A stretch of DNA of 64,000 nucleotides from Alphaproteobacteria bacterium (GTDB lineage: Bacteria > Pseudomonadota > Alphaproteobacteria > UBA828). Positions within the stretch are counted from its first letter, which is position 1, and each line of letters begins with the position of its first letter. The stretch is taken from the NCBI GenBank assembly GCA_963422645.2, contig CAXXVO010000009.1, positions 160,001 through 224,000 on the forward strand, in the 5' to 3' direction. This document shows positions 62,215 through 64,000 of this stretch, piece by piece. The translations under genes and the position numbers were made by a program. The notes under the pieces are model-generated. The model saw only the letters and a list, made by a program, of their open reading frames with translations, was not told the origin of the DNA and made no database searches.

Positions 62215-62403
62215 ATAGCGCCGCAGCGCGATGCGCCGCCCTTGCCCTTTGCTCCTGCGAGACTGCGCTGCCGAATTCTCTTCAAGTCGACGATGTGCGA
62301 TGCACCATGTGCCTCGCGCACGCCAGGCGCAAAGCGCATCGACCCCATTGATTTGTGTAGGATACACGCTTGCTAAAAGCGCATGCCTGATGGGCATAAT
62401 GGT

Positions 62404-64000
62404 GTAACTGCCCAGGTACCCCCTCTCTCTTATGGAACAAGCCAGTTCCTTTTGCGTCAACGCCCCCACGCCGCGGGGGTGCCTACTCTCTTGAGCGCGA
62501 GAGGATGATGAACGCCGCGTCGCGAACAAGATGAGAGGACAGCGATACTCAGGATGAGCCGGAGAAGTTCAGGAGCGCAGTATAGGGATCAGCTGCATCG
62601 GTTCCGGGTGCGCCAGGATTTGCAGGATGTTCCAGCCTTGCTTTCGAGCGGTGACGATGACGCTGCGCATTCCGGCGAAGTTGCAGGCGCCTTGCAGGGA
62701 GCGGAAGCCGCCTGAGATCTTCTCATGCACTTTGTTCATACGGATGTCACGCTCCGCCTCGTTATTCGTGAACGGCGTGCGCAGGTCGGTGAGGAAGCGC
62801 AGGCAGCCCTCCTTATGCTTTTGAAGGCGGCGCGCGAGGTTGTGGCCGATGCGGCGTTTCTTTCGCCCTCGCTTTGCGATCTGGAGCGGCGGTTGGGCCT
62901 CATGGAAGGCGATGGCTTCTTCGAGGATACGGTCCCATGCCCTTGAGATGCGGGCCACCAGGGAGGCGGGGACTTGACGGTCTTTCTCACGGGCGAAGCG
63001 GGCGGCCCTGCGCGCGCGCTGAAGCAGGCGGTGCATGCTCGCCGCCCATTCCTCCTTCTCGATGTCGATCAGGGCCTGGAGTTCGCGCAGGTGATGTGCG
63101 TTGCAGGCGCCGTGGCGGACGCCCTTGATGGTGAAGTAGGGGGCGAAGTCGTCGTGGACGAGGATGCCTTTCAGGTTCTTTTCGACATCGCCGCGTCCCT
63201 CGCCGATGCGCAGGACGGTGAGCAACGGGGTGCACAGCACATGGAGCCAGCGGGTACGGGCGGCGATACGCAGGCCGGTCTCGTCGAGGTGCTTGACCGG
63301 CGCCTGCGTGCGGATCAGATCGGCGACATGGTCGAGGAAGCCCTCGAAGCGCTGCGCTGTGCGCCGGCCCATGGCGGCGATCGTGGCAGTGGAGATGGAC
63401 ACCGCGAAGATGTCGCTCATGAGTTCGGCCAGACGCTTCTCGGGCACGAACTGGGCGTACAGCAGGTAACTCACCCAAGCGGTGATGCGAGGGCCGTACT
63501 GGACCGGGGCGGTGACGCCCGGCGGGAAGGCGGCTCGTGTCAGCGTGCCGCATGCGCCGCAGAGGCAGCGATGGGCGCGGTGTTCGGTGACCTCGAGAGG
63601 CTGCGGCTCGGGTACGTCGAAGACCTGCCGACAGGCGGGCGCGCCTTGCCGGTCGGCGTCCGAGAGCTCGACGCCACAGCCGGAACAGGTGGAGGGGTGG
63701 TGATCGACGACACGGTCCGGGCTGTCGCTCCGCGCGAGGGTGGTTCCCTTGTGGCCGGGCTGGCCGCCACTGGGCCCGCCGGACTTTCCGCGCTGGCTTT
63801 GGGTGCGCCTCTGGGCTCCGCTTTTCTTCTTGAGCCCGTCGCTGGCGGGGGGCTTGCTGCTTGTGGTGCTGTTGAGGGCCGCGCTGCGCTCGAGTTCGGC
63901 GATGCGCTCGCGCAGGGCCGCGTTCTCCTGCTCGAGTGCGGCATTTTCCCGGGCGAGCGCGGTGGCTGATCGCAGCAGCCCCTGCCCCCATTCCCGGACG
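62404..64000 (-). mobile_element. IS66-family element, runs off the window
   Basis: End GTAACTGCCCAGGT at 62404; TnpC is closely related to 46368..47909. Confidence 0.85.
62569..63999 (-). CDS. IS66 TnpC transposase (5'-partial)
   Basis: The frame continues to the window edge (WGQGLL...SSKPPASD); DETG, CNAHHLREL, NNEAERD. Confidence 0.85.
   Translation of the reverse strand, partial: VREWGQGLLRSATALARENAALEQENAALRERIAELERSAALNSTTSSKPPASDGLKKKSGAQRRTQSQRGKSGGPSGGQPGHKGTTLARSDSPDRVVDHHPSTCSGCGVELSDADRQGAPACRQVFDVPEPQPLEVTEHRAHRCLCGACGTLTRAAFPPGVTAPVQYGPRITAWVSYLLYAQFVPEKRLAELMSDIFAVSISTATIAAMGRRTAQRFEGFLDHVADLIRTQAPVKHLDETGLRIAARTRWLHVLCTPLLTVLRIGEGRGDVEKNLKGILVHDDFAPYFTIKGVRHGACNAHHLRELQALIDIEKEEWAASMHRLLQRARRAARFAREKDRQVPASLVARISRAWDRILEEAIAFHEAQPPLQIAKRGRKKRRIGHNLARRLQKHKEGCLRFLTDLRTPFTNNEAERDIRMNKVHEKISGGFRSLQGACNFAGMRSVIVTARKQGWNILQILAHPEPMQLIPILRS

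Overview
This window is high-GC bacterial DNA, probably alphaproteobacterial given the CGTC-type REP element and the gene content. It alternates catabolic/transport genes with a dense, nested mobilome. Bases 1-13.7 kb hold a peptide/nickel-type ABC transporter, two tandem MHPCO-like flavoprotein monooxygenases, an orphan HigA, a transketolase/PDH-E1-like enzyme, a methyltransferase, a quinone oxidoreductase, a persulfide dioxygenase-rhodanese fusion, an LLM monooxygenase, trpF and a broken OsmC. Bases 13.7-36.6 kb are a scrambled island with two identical IS21 copies, two tandem tyrosine integrases, two IS110s, IS66s, a Mu-transposase remnant and tRNA-Arg(CCG). The island also contains a surface lipoprotein gene split by a DUF4338-IS4 fusion element, which is itself split by a 2.8-kb large-serine-recombinase element. 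Bases 37-46 kb hold DMT transporters, an orphan Mu gp27-like gene with a 38-bp hairpin array, a MITE, GMC and OYE oxidoreductases, and an IS1595 remnant with AT-rich cargo. Bases 46-51 kb are an IS66 carrying a DNA adenine methyltransferase plus a nested transposon. Bases 51-59.5 kb are a RutR-like regulator with an operon joining a divergent uracil-DNA-glycosylase-like gene to a GMC oxidoreductase, NIPSNAP and a BMP nucleoside ABC transporter. Bases 59.5-64 kb hold a QOR, LysR, a second MITE and an IS66. The two best candidates for undescribed biology are (1) the serine-recombinase element, whose first ORF would gain its RBS and ATG only on excision into a circle, and (2) the UNG-like/GMC/nucleoside-ABC operon. 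All family calls come from motif recognition by eye; no database searches were run.
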